Positions 20,720 to 31,996 of a DNA stretch of 64,000 bases are shown piece after piece. Each line of letters starts with the position of its first letter. Position 1 is the first letter of the stretch. Source of the DNA: Limnothrix sp. BL-A-16. Lineage in GTDB: Bacteria > Cyanobacteriota > Cyanobacteriia > CACIAM-69d. The stretch covers positions 512,001 to 576,000 of the forward strand of contig CP166615.1 of NCBI GenBank assembly GCA_041937175.2, written 5' to 3'. The notes beneath the pieces are model-generated. The model made no database searches, was not told where the DNA came from, and saw nothing but the letters and a program-made list of their open reading frames with translations. Position numbers and translations under genes: made by a program.

Positions 20720-22240
20720 ATGCAAAGTTGGACAGAGGGCTATGTGGCCGAAGTGGACTACACCCATGGGTTTTATCGGGAACTGGCCCCCACACACCTG
20801 AATTATGTGTTGTTGTGCAAGGGGCTTCAGGCTCCCCCGCTCGATCGCGCCTTCACCTACTGCGAATTGGGCTGTGGGCAGGGCAATACAACCAATTTGC
20901 TAGCGGCCGCCAATCCACAAGGGGATTTTTATGCCACGGATTTTAATCCCAGCCACATTGTTCATGCCCAAACCTTAGCCCGCGAAATTGGCCTCAAAAA
21001 CATCCATTTTTTTGATGACTCTTTCCAGGATTTTGCCGATCGGGCAGAGTTGCCGGACTTTGATTTCATCACGCTCCATGGCGTTTTCTCTTGGATTTCG
21101 CCCGAAAATCGGCAGCAAATCATTAACTTTATTCGCAAAAAGCTAAAAGTCGGTGGCGTTGTTTATCTCAGCTACAACGCAATGCCCGGTTGGTCTGCCT
21201 TTTTGGGAATGCGAGAGCTAATTCAAGCGCAGGTGCTCTCCCAATCGGGCCAAATTACCAAACGATTTGATCAGGCTTTGAACTTTGCCAAAACCATTGC
21301 TGAACAGGAGGCCATTTATTTCAAATCTCAGCCAGCGGCGCTCGATCGGCTCCAGCAAATTTCCACCATGTCTCGTAACTACTTGGTGCATGAATATTGC
21401 AATCGCCACTTCACCCCGCTGTTCCATCGAGAAGTGGTGGAACTGCTGGATGAAGCCAAGGCCAGCTTTTTGGTTTCGGCCCACTTGGGCGACCAAATGG
21501 AACACTTTCGATTGCAGCCCAACCAGTTGCAAACCCTGCAAACCATTGAGGATCCCGTGCTGCGGGAAACCTTGCGGGATGTGTATACCAACCAATCATT
21601 TCGACGGGATATTTTTGGGCGCGGAACCGTGCCCCTTGCCTCTTTGGCCCAGCGCGATCGCTTGGATCAGCAAACCTTCGCCCTTACGCTGCGATCGCCC
21701 CAAATCCCCAAGGAATATCCCTGCCCGGTGGCAACGGTGCATCTGGATGCGGAACCCTTCAAAACCATCATTGCTGGCTTGAGCGATCGCCCCCACACCA
21801 TGGCCGAGCTAGCTCAACAATTACCCAAACTGGCCTGGCGCGACCTGCATCTTTCCTTGGCGATCGCAGTGGATGGGGGGTGGGCGATGCCCGTGGTTCC
21901 CCAAGCTGCCGTCAAAGCGACCCGCGAAACCTGTCATCGGTTCAACCGGGCCATTGCTCGGCGTGCTCTCACGGAAAACAAAATTCAACTTTTGGCTGCA
22001 CCGCTGGTTGGCAGTGGCATTGCGGTTGATCAAACCATTCTGTTGTTTTTAGAGTCCATTTGGCGCAAAACACCGGGCCCCGAATTAGCCTTTGAAACCT
22101 ACAAACGGATGGGGCTAAAGCTTCAGAAAAACGGCGAAACCGTTGAGAGCGATGCAGAAAATTTGCAGCTTCTGAAAACTTCTTGGGAGCAATTTCAATC
22201 CCAAACTGGCCCCTGGCTAAAATCCCTCCAAATTTTGTAG
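20720..22240 (+). CDS. SAM-dependent methyltransferase with methyltransferase-regulatory domain
   Basis: WTEGYVAEVDYTHGFYREL, YCELGCGQG, FDFITLHGVFSWIS, YLSYNAMPGW, YLVHEY and NQSFRRDIF. Confidence 0.88.
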   Translation: MQSWTEGYVAEVDYTHGFYRELAPTHLNYVLLCKGLQAPPLDRAFTYCELGCGQGNTTNLLAAANPQGDFYATDFNPSHIVHAQTLAREIGLKNIHFFDDSFQDFADRAELPDFDFITLHGVFSWISPENRQQIINFIRKKLKVGGVVYLSYNAMPGWSAFLGMRELIQAQVLSQSGQITKRFDQALNFAKTIAEQEAIYFKSQPAALDRLQQISTMSRNYLVHEYCNRHFTPLFHREVVELLDEAKASFLVSAHLGDQMEHFRLQPNQLQTLQTIEDPVLRETLRDVYTNQSFRRDIFGRGTVPLASLAQRDRLDQQTFALTLRSPQIPKEYPCPVATVHLDAEPFKTIIAGLSDRPHTMAELAQQLPKLAWRDLHLSLAIAVDGGWAMPVVPQAAVKATRETCHRFNRAIARRALTENKIQLLAAPLVGSGIAVDQTILLFLESIWRKTPGPELAFETYKRMGLKLQKNGETVESDAENLQLLKTSWEQFQSQTGPWLKSLQIL

Positions 22241-22269
22241 ATCTCTTGTTCCTCCAATCAAACATCCTC

Positions 22270-22411
22270 TAGTAGTGCGACAGGCTTAATTCGTGGGGTC
22301 AAAGTTGCGGAGTCAGTGACAACAACAAGGGGCTTAAGCCCCTTGCTGCCTAACGATTCGGTAACAGTAACAGTCGAATTGATCGACTAGAACAAGCTTG
22401 TCGCGCTACTA
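22270..22411. mobile_element. MITE-like element, type A
   Basis: Terminal inverted repeats (TIRs) TAGTAGTGCGACAGGCTT / AAGCTTGTCGCGCTACTA (2 mismatches in 18), CTAG at both ends, and the perfect central palindrome CAAGGGGCTTAAGCCCCTTG at 22326-22345. Confidence 0.75.
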
Positions 22412-23284
22412 GGATTGGGTCGGGGCTGCGGGTGCATCGGCGGCCCCGTTGGGGTCGGTGGCCGGAGGATTAGTCGCGGGCGGGGTGATCGCGGGTGGGT
22501 TGATGGGTTTGGCGATCGGGCAGGCGGCTGGATCCGGCTCCTGGGGAATGATCGTCACCGGTTTGGCCCCTTTGGGCAAGCCCGCTTGGGTTGGGGCCAA
22601 CATTTGGCTCACCACCATCACAGCGCGTTTGTTGGCTTCATTGAGCAAGCCCCGTTGGCAGGCGGATTCCGTGACCCGATCGAGCGCTGCCTCTTGGGCC
22701 CGGGCCATCAGTTCGGGGCCCGAGTCGGGGCCAAGACCCAAAAAGCCCCGATCGTAGTCATAAACGCGCGATCGACCCACATCGATTTTGCGATCGAGAA
22801 TTTCCGGGGCCGGCAACCGAATTTCCAGCTTGCCATCGGCTCCTTGGCGCACGTCTTCCGGTTTCAGTTTGTTGAAGTCAATGCCGGCGCTGATTTCCCC
22901 GTAGGCGATATAGAGCAGCTTGGTGGAACCGACGACGAATTGCCCCAACACCCGATCGCGCTGGGCCGGGACGATCGCCTCCATCGAAAACACGGTGGTG
23001 GTCAGTTCGCTGGCCCCGCGAATTTGGTCAATCGTCAGTGATCGCACATCGGCCTTGGCCGGCGGCTGCGGCGTGTTGAAGGGAGCCGCCACAAACTCGC
23101 TAATCCCCTTGCCCCAGTTGCCAATCCCCGCCGCCGAAGTGGCCACGATCGCCACCAGTCCCCCGGTCGCCATCAGGGCAAAGTTGTTGCTGAGTTGCCG
23201 CCATAACCCCGGTTGCCGCGACGGGGCGATCGGCTGGGGAGCTTGGGTGGGCTGAGGGCTGGGGGGGCGTTGATCGACCTTCAT
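22409..23284 (-). CDS. DUF4230-family membrane-anchored protein
   Basis: TM helix, then 'IRGASELTT...TKLLYIAYGEISAGIDF...IRLPAPEILD...SRVYDYDRGFL...AC..GLL..AN'. Confidence 0.8.
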   Translation of the reverse strand: MKVDQRPPSPQPTQAPQPIAPSRQPGLWRQLSNNFALMATGGLVAIVATSAAGIGNWGKGISEFVAAPFNTPQPPAKADVRSLTIDQIRGASELTTTVFSMEAIVPAQRDRVLGQFVVGSTKLLYIAYGEISAGIDFNKLKPEDVRQGADGKLEIRLPAPEILDRKIDVGRSRVYDYDRGFLGLGPDSGPELMARAQEAALDRVTESACQRGLLNEANKRAVMVVSQMLAPTQAGLPKGAKPVTIIPQEPDPAACPIAKPINPPAITPPATNPPATDPNGAADAPAAPTQS

Positions 23285-23354
23285 AAACAAAGCCTGGGGA
23301 AGAGAATCGGACGAAGACGTTTGGGGAGCCAGGGGCCACAGCAATCGCTGGGGG

Positions 23355-23374
23355 CAAGGGGCTTAAGCCCCTTG
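23355..23374. repeat. Solo copy of the REP-like palindrome CAAGGGGCTTAAGCCCCTTG, followed by about three copies of CTGGTGCGGTGGA
   Basis: Exact 20-bp palindrome with no flanking TIRs seen. The tandem 13-mer lies at about 23376-23412. Confidence 0.85.
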
Positions 23375-23430
23375 TCTGGTGCGGTGGACTGGTGCGGTGG
23401 ACTGGTGCGGTGAAAGCTTGAAATGTCGGA

Positions 23431-25560
<2,130 letters not shown>

Positions 25561-25729
25561 CTATTCCGGCCGGGAATGCAAGAACCTTCCGGATCGCGCA
25601 CGGGGCGATCGCTAGTAATGGTCAGGTAGATGCACCCTGACGATGTTCCCCCGGCCCCGGCTGGGGGATTTTTGTTGCAAATTTTTCAGCTACGATCCGA
25701 GGTAGTCCCCCGCCTCAAGGACGCGGATC

Positions 25730-25981
25730 ATGACTTGGCTCGAATTGTGCGATCGAACCTTTCAGCTTTCAGTCAAAAATCGGTGGCGATTGTTATGGGC
25801 GATCGTGCGATCGCTGCTCTGGCCTGCCAGTCTTCCCCAATCCACATCATCTACGACCGAAATCGATCAGAATCCCCCAAAACCTCCGACTGATTTAAGC
25901 CAATATCGCGGCGTTTTATCCCTCTCGGAAGATCCCCTAATTTATCAACAGCGGATTCGGGATGAGTGGACAGAATCGTGA
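25730..25981 (+). CDS. Small hypothetical protein, probable orphaned antitoxin
   Basis: The C-terminus 'DLSQYRGVLSLSEDPLIYQQRIRDEW' resembles the tails of antitoxins that precede PIN toxins. Its stop overlaps a downstream GTG (GTGA). Confidence 0.6.
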   Translation: MTWLELCDRTFQLSVKNRWRLLWAIVRSLLWPASLPQSTSSTTEIDQNPPKPPTDLSQYRGVLSLSEDPLIYQQRIRDEWTES

Positions 25982-26076
25982 ATCCCTATCTTCTGAATGC
26001 CAATATTCTAGCCTGGTTATTATGCGAGGAGAGTCATGATTATTCAATTTCAATTCTCGCCAGAAAAAGCTGTTGA
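25978..26076 (+). pseudogene. Remnant of a PIN/VapC toxin N-terminus
   Basis: GTG-coupled frame MNPYLLNANILAWLL...* resembles the PIN start 'YLLDTNIL' with the catalytic Asp changed to Asn. It stops after about 32 codons. Confidence 0.5.
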
Positions 26077-26593
26077 GGCAGCAGCGATTCTTCTAAAGCT
26101 ACATGGCGGCCCTATGAAGTATTTAGGGTTGCTGAAAATGCTTTATATTGCCGATCGGGTTGCCTTGGAACGGATGGAGCAGCCCATTACTGGTGATTGC
26201 TATATTTCTATGGATTATGGGCCTGTTCTGAGTTGTGTTTACGATTTAATTAAGGGCAAGACAGTTGGTAATGCTCTGCCACTTTGGTCGATATCAATTG
26301 CGTCCTGTTCCAAGAAGCAAGTTTATTTACGAAATGATCCGGGTAAACAACATCTTTGCGAAGCTGAAGAAGAAATTTTAGAAGAGGTTTATCAAAAATT
26401 TGGACATATCGATCCCTTTGAAGTTGCTGACTGGACGCATTGCTTACCAGAATGGAAAAATCCCCACGGCTCTATGATTCCAATTGCAGTGAATGATGTT
26501 CTTCATTACCTTGGAAAAACAGACTTAGAGATCCAAGCGATTGCGGAAGAGGCTGCTCGGGAAGCATACCTTAATGGGGCTTGGCATGGCTGA
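26036..26593 (+). CDS. Panacea-domain (DUF4065/SocA-like) antitoxin
   Basis: LLKMLYIAD...ITGD.Y..MDYGPV...VYDLIK...WTHCLPEW, with RBS GAGGAG. Confidence 0.88.
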   Translation: MIIQFQFSPEKAVEAAAILLKLHGGPMKYLGLLKMLYIADRVALERMEQPITGDCYISMDYGPVLSCVYDLIKGKTVGNALPLWSISIASCSKKQVYLRNDPGKQHLCEAEEEILEEVYQKFGHIDPFEVADWTHCLPEWKNPHGSMIPIAVNDVLHYLGKTDLEIQAIAEEAAREAYLNGAWHG

Positions 26594-26981
26594 TCTGGTT
26601 GTTGAAATCGGACAGGCTTTCCTAATTGATACACCTCCTAACGGAGAGCATCTTTACATTGCAATTGCTTTGATCGGTGATGGTCGATATTTATTTGTGA
26701 ATGTGACAACTCGTAGAGCTAGTTCCGAAACAACCTGTATTCTTGACCCTAGAACCCCAGGTTTACCCAGTTTTATTAACCGAGAATCGGTTGTTGCTTA
26801 TCAATATGCTCGTGCATGGAGTCCAGAAGAATTATCTAGGGTGATCAAGCCTGGTAGCCGAGTCCCTAAGTGTATTTTCTCAGATGAGATTGTGTCTAGA
26901 ATTCAGAATAGCGGTCTGATTTCAAAACGACTTTCCAATCAATTCAAAACTGCTTTAAAAATATTCTTAAATCAGAAATAA
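26586..26981 (+). CDS. Hypothetical protein, candidate Panacea-neutralised toxin (PemK/MazF-like pattern)
   Basis: Start overlaps the end of the Panacea gene. Pattern 'GQAFLI...EHLYIAI...FVNVTT...ESVVAY..AR...EIVSRI'. Confidence 0.7.
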   Translation: MADLVVEIGQAFLIDTPPNGEHLYIAIALIGDGRYLFVNVTTRRASSETTCILDPRTPGLPSFINRESVVAYQYARAWSPEELSRVIKPGSRVPKCIFSDEIVSRIQNSGLISKRLSNQFKTALKIFLNQK

Positions 26982-27010
26982 ATCACTTGCCCTAATAAAT
27001 GAATTACCCC

Positions 27011-27457
27011 ATGGCTCTCAAAACGACCATCGCCTACGAAACGGACTATTACGGTTGGGTGCAAGAACAGGTCGAACTGTTGGAGTCAGGCCAGCTCGAT
27101 CGCCTCGATGTCGCCAATCTAATTGAGGAAATTAAAAGTTTGGGAGCTTCGGAACGGCGGGCACTGGTGAGTTATTTGACGCGGCTCTATCAACATTTGC
27201 TGAAGTGGACATATCAACCCAGCAAGCGATCGCCCTCTTGGGTTGCCACCATCAACATCAGCCGCCGCAAAATCCAAACCCTGCTGAAGGAAAATCCTAG
27301 CCTCAAATCTCGGCTCCCGGAGGCAATTCAAGCAGCCTATGCGGATGCTCGCGATGAGGCCTACGGCGAAACTGGTTTGGCGCTGGAGACCTTCCCGATC
27401 GCCCCACCGTTGACCTGGGAAGAGGCGATGGAACAACCCATCTATCTTGATCCCTAG
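27011..27457 (+). CDS. DUF29 family protein
   Basis: YETDYYGW..EQ..LL..G....LD..NLIEEI.SLG.SE...HLLKW.YQP..RS.SW...NPSLK...ETGL...TFP. Confidence 0.93.
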   Translation: MALKTTIAYETDYYGWVQEQVELLESGQLDRLDVANLIEEIKSLGASERRALVSYLTRLYQHLLKWTYQPSKRSPSWVATINISRRKIQTLLKENPSLKSRLPEAIQAAYADARDEAYGETGLALETFPIAPPLTWEEAMEQPIYLDP

Positions 27458-27484
27458 CCAATAAAGAGGCTAAAGTTTTTGGAC

Positions 27485-28254
27485 ATGGAAGAGCCTGTTT
27501 CCCCCCAAATTCCTAGTTGGCTTGCTTGGGCGATCATGAATGGCCAAAAGCGCCAGCCCACATTCCTAGGCCATATTGTTTTGGTTCTGGTGCTTTTGAG
27601 CTTGGTTGGGATTGCTTATTATGTTTTGCTACTCGTGAGTAGCCAATGGGAGCAAAGATGGATTACTGCACCCCAAAAACTTACAAAGGAACAAGTTACT
27701 TTACAAACAGCATGGCTAAAGTCTAAGCCCTCTGTGAAATCAAGATTGGTTTTCCAACTTCAGGATGTTGAAGTCTTGATTGATCGCAATGCTTCAATTA
27801 TGGGTTTTTTCTATAAGCAGTATTATATTTCACTGGCGATGATGTGTACGCTGGGGGCGATCGCTGTTATTTGTTTATTTTTTATTAGTAAAGAAGGTTG
27901 GGGCGAAGTCAATAATGCTGTAATCAATATTTTTGTGGTTTCTTCAGGGGTGGTTCTTTTTTACGGTAATTTGTCTTTGACCTTTAAGCAAGAAGAAAAT
28001 ATCAAAAATAGCCATGCTATCTATTTGTCCTGTTTGAGCCTCAGAAATGAGCTACTAAGTTATCTGGCGACTCGGCAAAACACTCGCGGGGTTGAGGAAA
28101 AACCAGAATCATTCATTCATTCATTCATTATATTGATAAAAAGCTGATGTCAATTAGCTTGATTCAATTGGGCTTTAATCCTGGTCAACTGTCAGATGTT
28201 CCTAAGCCAATTAATACGTTATCAACTCCGGCAATTACGCCTAAAAGTCCCTAG
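27485..28254 (+). pseudogene. Membrane protein gene apparently frameshifted at a (TCAT)5 tract (SLATT-like 2TM region)
   Basis: The ORF stops at 28147, just after TCAT x5 (28109-28128). With 3 copies the frame reads ESFIHYIDKKLMSISLIQLGFNPGQLSDVPKPINTLSTPAITPKSP* to 28254, and 6 copies restore the same frame. Confidence 0.65.
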
Positions 28255-28441
28255 TCGTTGATTTTGAAATTCTGAAAGATTTGATTTGAGAATGTGATGA
28301 ATTCGCGACGATTATTGATCTTTTGAATAATAATCCTGATCTGTTTTGATCTGTGATGGGCGGTTCGTGGTTTTCGGATTAATTGCCCGATCGCGAGTTA
28401 ACCCATTAGTCAAAAATTGATCCGCGATCGGGTGAGGGAAA

Positions 28442-29152
28442 CTAGTCAATCTTTTGTAAATAAATGCAGTGCCGATCGCCCTCAGTAATGGGAGTTTTAA
28501 AGGCATCTATACCCAAAATTTTTGCCCCCCAATGGTTCAGGGGATCTTGCAGGCTGGCTTCTTCTTCTGTGCTCCAGCGACCTCGGTACAAAACCGCAAC
28601 GCCTCGCGGGGCCAACATCGGCAGGGCATAGCTGGCGCAAAGATCCGCTGCGCCCACGGCCCGCAAGGTCACCAGGTGAAAATTCGGTTTGGGGCCCGGT
28701 CGCCGCACAAACTGTTCTGCTCGATCGCAAGCGGTTTGCACATTGCCCAACCCCAATTCCGTGACCGCCTCCGCCACAAATTGAATCTTTTTGCGCGTGC
28801 TATCCATCAGCAACCATTGCCATTCTGGAAAAGCGATCGCCCCCGGTAGCCCTGGAAAGCCGCCGCCGGTTCCCAAATCGGCTACGGTGAGGGTCTGCGA
28901 GGCCCGCTGGGCCAGTACTGGTTGCAAAATCGGTGAAAATAGACCTCGCAGCGAATCCCAAAGATGCTTTTCCCAAAAGTCCAATGGTTCCGTAATGCGG
29001 GTTAAGTTCATCCGCTGGTTACCCGCCAAGATCACCTCGTAGAGTTGCTGAAATTGAGATTGGGTGGCTGTGTCGGGCTGCCATTGCAGGGTTGACTGCC
29101 AAAGGTCGATCGGGTTTGGCAAGGTGGGCGCTGTGGGAAGAGTCATGGCCAT
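28442..29152 (-). CDS. rsmG: 16S rRNA m7G527 methyltransferase
   Basis: NQRMNLTRI...KHLWDSL, DLGTGGGFPG, DSTRKK, RAE and RAV. Confidence 0.95.
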   Translation of the reverse strand: MAMTLPTAPTLPNPIDLWQSTLQWQPDTATQSQFQQLYEVILAGNQRMNLTRITEPLDFWEKHLWDSLRGLFSPILQPVLAQRASQTLTVADLGTGGGFPGLPGAIAFPEWQWLLMDSTRKKIQFVAEAVTELGLGNVQTACDRAEQFVRRPGPKPNFHLVTLRAVGAADLCASYALPMLAPRGVAVLYRGRWSTEEEASLQDPLNHWGAKILGIDAFKTPITEGDRHCIYLQKID

Positions 29153-29224
29153 GGGGAGCAAGCTGCTAGGCAATTTAAGCGCAATCTGGCCCCGTTAACG
29201 TAATTCCTTGAGTCCAATCGCAGC

Positions 29225-30604
29225 ATGATTCCAACGGTAGTGGTGGCGGGAACCCACAGCGGAGTGGGCAAAACTTCAGTGGCGATCGCCCTGATGCGAG
29301 CCTGGACGCGGCGCGGATGGGTGGTGCAGCCGTTCAAAGTGGGGCCCGATTTCATTGACCCGGGTCATCACCGCCGGGCCACGGGTCGCCCGTCCCATAA
29401 TTTGGATGGTTGGATGCTCTCTAAAGCAACAAACCGAGCGCTGTTCGATCGCGCCGTGGCCGGAGCCGATGTGGCGGTGATTGAAGGAGCCATGGGATTG
29501 TTCGATGGTTATGGCGACCAAGAGGCGGGCAGCACAGCTGAGCTGGCCAAGTGGCTGAACGCGCCTGTGGTGTTGGTGTTGGATAGTCGGGGCCTGTCTC
29601 GCAGCGGGGCGGCCCTAATTTGCGGCTATGAAACCTTTGATCCGGATTTGCAATTTTTGGGCGCAATTTGCAACCGGGTGGGCAGCGGAACACATTTGGA
29701 TCGGATTGTGGGGGCTGCTCGCGATCGCGTGCGGATGCCCATTTTGGGCGGTGTGCCCCGGGATGAGGCCGCATTGATCGATAGCCGCCACTTGGGACTC
29801 AAAATGGCCGATGAGGATCAGTTGGGGGAGGGATACATCGATCGACTGGCAGACTTGCTGGAAACCCATCTGGACTTGGATCAGCTCTGGCAACGGTTGC
29901 AACGGGAGCAACCCACCCACGATCCTGCACCACCCACGCCGATCGCCCCAATTTCTGTCAGTCGTCGATCGCCTCGCAAAATCGGAATCGCACGCGATCG
30001 GGCCTTTTGTTTTTATTACGAAGCCAATTTAGATTTTCTGCGCGATCGGGGAGCGGAATTGGTGGAATTTTCGCCCTTGGTCGATCGGCCGCCCGCTGAT
30101 TGTGATGCGCTCTACCTTGGGGGTGGCTACCCGGAGCTATACCTGGATCAGCTTGCCAACAACACCGATTGTTTAACGGCCATTCGCCAAATGGCCGCGG
30201 CCGGCAAACCAATCTATGGGGAATGTGGCGGTTTCATCTACCTGTGCGATCGCCTGACCCTGGCCGATGGCACGGGGCGATCGCTCTTGGGTTTATTACC
30301 GCTGCAAATCCAAATGACCCGCCGCCCCAAGCTGGGTTACGTGGAAACGACGATCGCTCCTGGCGGCCCTTTGCCCTCAGGAGAAACCATTCGTGGTCAT
30401 CGGTTTCACTACTCGGAAGTGGCAAACCCCGAAGCAGCCGGGACGATCGCCCAATGCTATGACCTCTTGACCTCTCGGGGCGATCGGCTCACGGAAGGAT
30501 ATTGTGTCGGTTCCGTCTTGGGTAGCTATATACATTTGCATTTCGTCAGCAATCCCCAAGTGATGACCGCCTGGCTCGATCGCGTCCCTGCTGCTATGAG
30601 TTGA
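29225..30604 (+). CDS. cobB: Cobyrinate a,c-diamide synthase
   Basis: SGVGKT, FKVGPDFIDP, VIEGAMGLFDG, SRHLGL, AFCFYY, LGGGYPE, GECGG and SYIHLHF. Confidence 0.96.
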   Translation: MIPTVVVAGTHSGVGKTSVAIALMRAWTRRGWVVQPFKVGPDFIDPGHHRRATGRPSHNLDGWMLSKATNRALFDRAVAGADVAVIEGAMGLFDGYGDQEAGSTAELAKWLNAPVVLVLDSRGLSRSGAALICGYETFDPDLQFLGAICNRVGSGTHLDRIVGAARDRVRMPILGGVPRDEAALIDSRHLGLKMADEDQLGEGYIDRLADLLETHLDLDQLWQRLQREQPTHDPAPPTPIAPISVSRRSPRKIGIARDRAFCFYYEANLDFLRDRGAELVEFSPLVDRPPADCDALYLGGGYPELYLDQLANNTDCLTAIRQMAAAGKPIYGECGGFIYLCDRLTLADGTGRSLLGLLPLQIQMTRRPKLGYVETTIAPGGPLPSGETIRGHRFHYSEVANPEAAGTIAQCYDLLTSRGDRLTEGYCVGSVLGSYIHLHFVSNPQVMTAWLDRVPAAMS

Positions 30605-30623
30605 AAGGCAAGTTTGCAGACCC

Positions 30624-30659
30624 AAAAGCCCGATCGAACCCTTGAGAGTCGATCGGGCT
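30624..30659 (-). terminator. Intrinsic terminator hairpin between convergent genes
   Basis: Stem AGCCCGATCGA / TCGATCGGGCT. The AAAA on the left gives a U-tract on the minus strand. Confidence 0.6.
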
Positions 30660-30683
30660 AATCGTCATTGAACTGATAGTGGG

Positions 30684-30831
30684 CTAGGGGTTGTCGTCAT
30701 TTCCTAGGGTCAAGCGAAAACAGTTGATTTTCCTTACCTCAATCATCGTAACAAGATGCTCAAGCCCCTTGCACCCCACGATTTCGTCATGACGGAATCA
30801 AGGTTTCAGGCAATTTGACGACATGCCCTAG
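30684..30831. mobile_element. MITE-like element, type B (IS5/IS427-like ends)
   Basis: TA|GGGGTTGTCGTCA ... TGACGACATGCCC|TA in a CTAG context. Degenerate core CAAGATGCTCAAGCCCCTTG at 30752-30771. Homologous to 51284-51432. Confidence 0.78.
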
Positions 30832-30873
30832 ACCCTAAAAGCTAACCCCAATCTGAGCACCCATTGACGATGA

Positions 30874-31362
30874 CTAATCACTGATAGAAACCAAAAATGT
30901 TGCTTCCCCGTTGGCGCGGCGGCCAGCAATGACCAATCCTGAAATTGCTTCTCCATCGCCCATCTTATGAATTGTCAGCTCGATGATCTTTGGGTCATCA
31001 AAAGCGGCAACCAAGGCCCGCTGACCTGCTTCTGCCTCATCAATGTTGTCCAAAATCAGAGAAGCAGAGAGTCGAGCCTCAGAATCATTTAACGATCGCA
31101 GTTCTGAAATAATCGCCCGGGGTGCATCCATTGATCGTCCATAGACCATTTTCCATGAATCTCGATAGGCTTTTCTCCTCGATTTCTGGCCTATAAAACG
31201 CTTGTACTTCTTCAGTGCTGCTTGACTGAGATCATCTTCAGGCTTCAAAACCTCATAGAAAACAGCGCTGCCAGGAATCGACTCAATAGGGCCACCATAA
31301 ATTGTCTCCAAGTCGGTCACATACTGAGGTGATTTCTTGAGTGATGTTTTGCGCTCAGTCAT
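30874..31362 (-). CDS. Hypothetical protein
   Basis: 162-aa ORF with protein-like composition ('GDGEAISGLVIAG') in lower-GC DNA. Confidence 0.7.
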   Translation of the reverse strand: MTERKTSLKKSPQYVTDLETIYGGPIESIPGSAVFYEVLKPEDDLSQAALKKYKRFIGQKSRRKAYRDSWKMVYGRSMDAPRAIISELRSLNDSEARLSASLILDNIDEAEAGQRALVAAFDDPKIIELTIHKMGDGEAISGLVIAGRRANGEATFLVSISD

Positions 31363-31996
31363 GAACTTTTGCTCCGCAACCAATAAAGAGGGAAATTGCA
31401 ACACTAAGTGAACCAACCTCATGAATCAATTTGCATTCCCCCCGGTTCTTGCCTTCTTGAAATTCAGATTCAATACTGATTGCTTTGCGAAGACCAAGAA
31501 CCATGCTGATTCATGATTTCTTGATAGTGTATTTTGTTGCTTCGACGAAATTATCAAGAAAAATCGATTTTTGCAATCCCTGCCATTATTTCAAGACTGA
31601 ATTGATTTGTTAGAAGTATGACTGCTGTGATCAATTGATACCAAATTGGATCGTTTGCTTGTATAAACAATAACTCTGAAAAATAATTCAAAATAAATTG
31701 GGGAAAAATTTAAGCTGAAATTCGGCTTTGAATCCATATCGATAAAAATCAAGCAATTGATCGATGATTGGATGAACTTGAACACCTGAACATATGTCTT
31801 TAAATAAAATTTTGATGGCTGAAATGGCAAATCTCGATCGAAGTCAACGTCCGTTGAGGTCAAGGCTTGCTATTGATAGGGCTGTCATTAAGACGACTCG
31901 CTTTCGCCGCAAGGACTCACTGATCCCAAGCTGCGATCGATCCTGAAGGGACGTTGACTAGATCGCTGAACTGAACAGGAGCTGATGGTCTGAGGA

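Noticed and set aside
29153..29224. Cobalamin riboswitch upstream of cobB
   Set aside because: The gap is only about 70 bp and no B12-box was seen.
31591..31863. 90-aa minus-strand ORF
   Set aside because: It lies in AT-rich DNA with no recognisable motif or RBS, so it cannot be supported as a gene.
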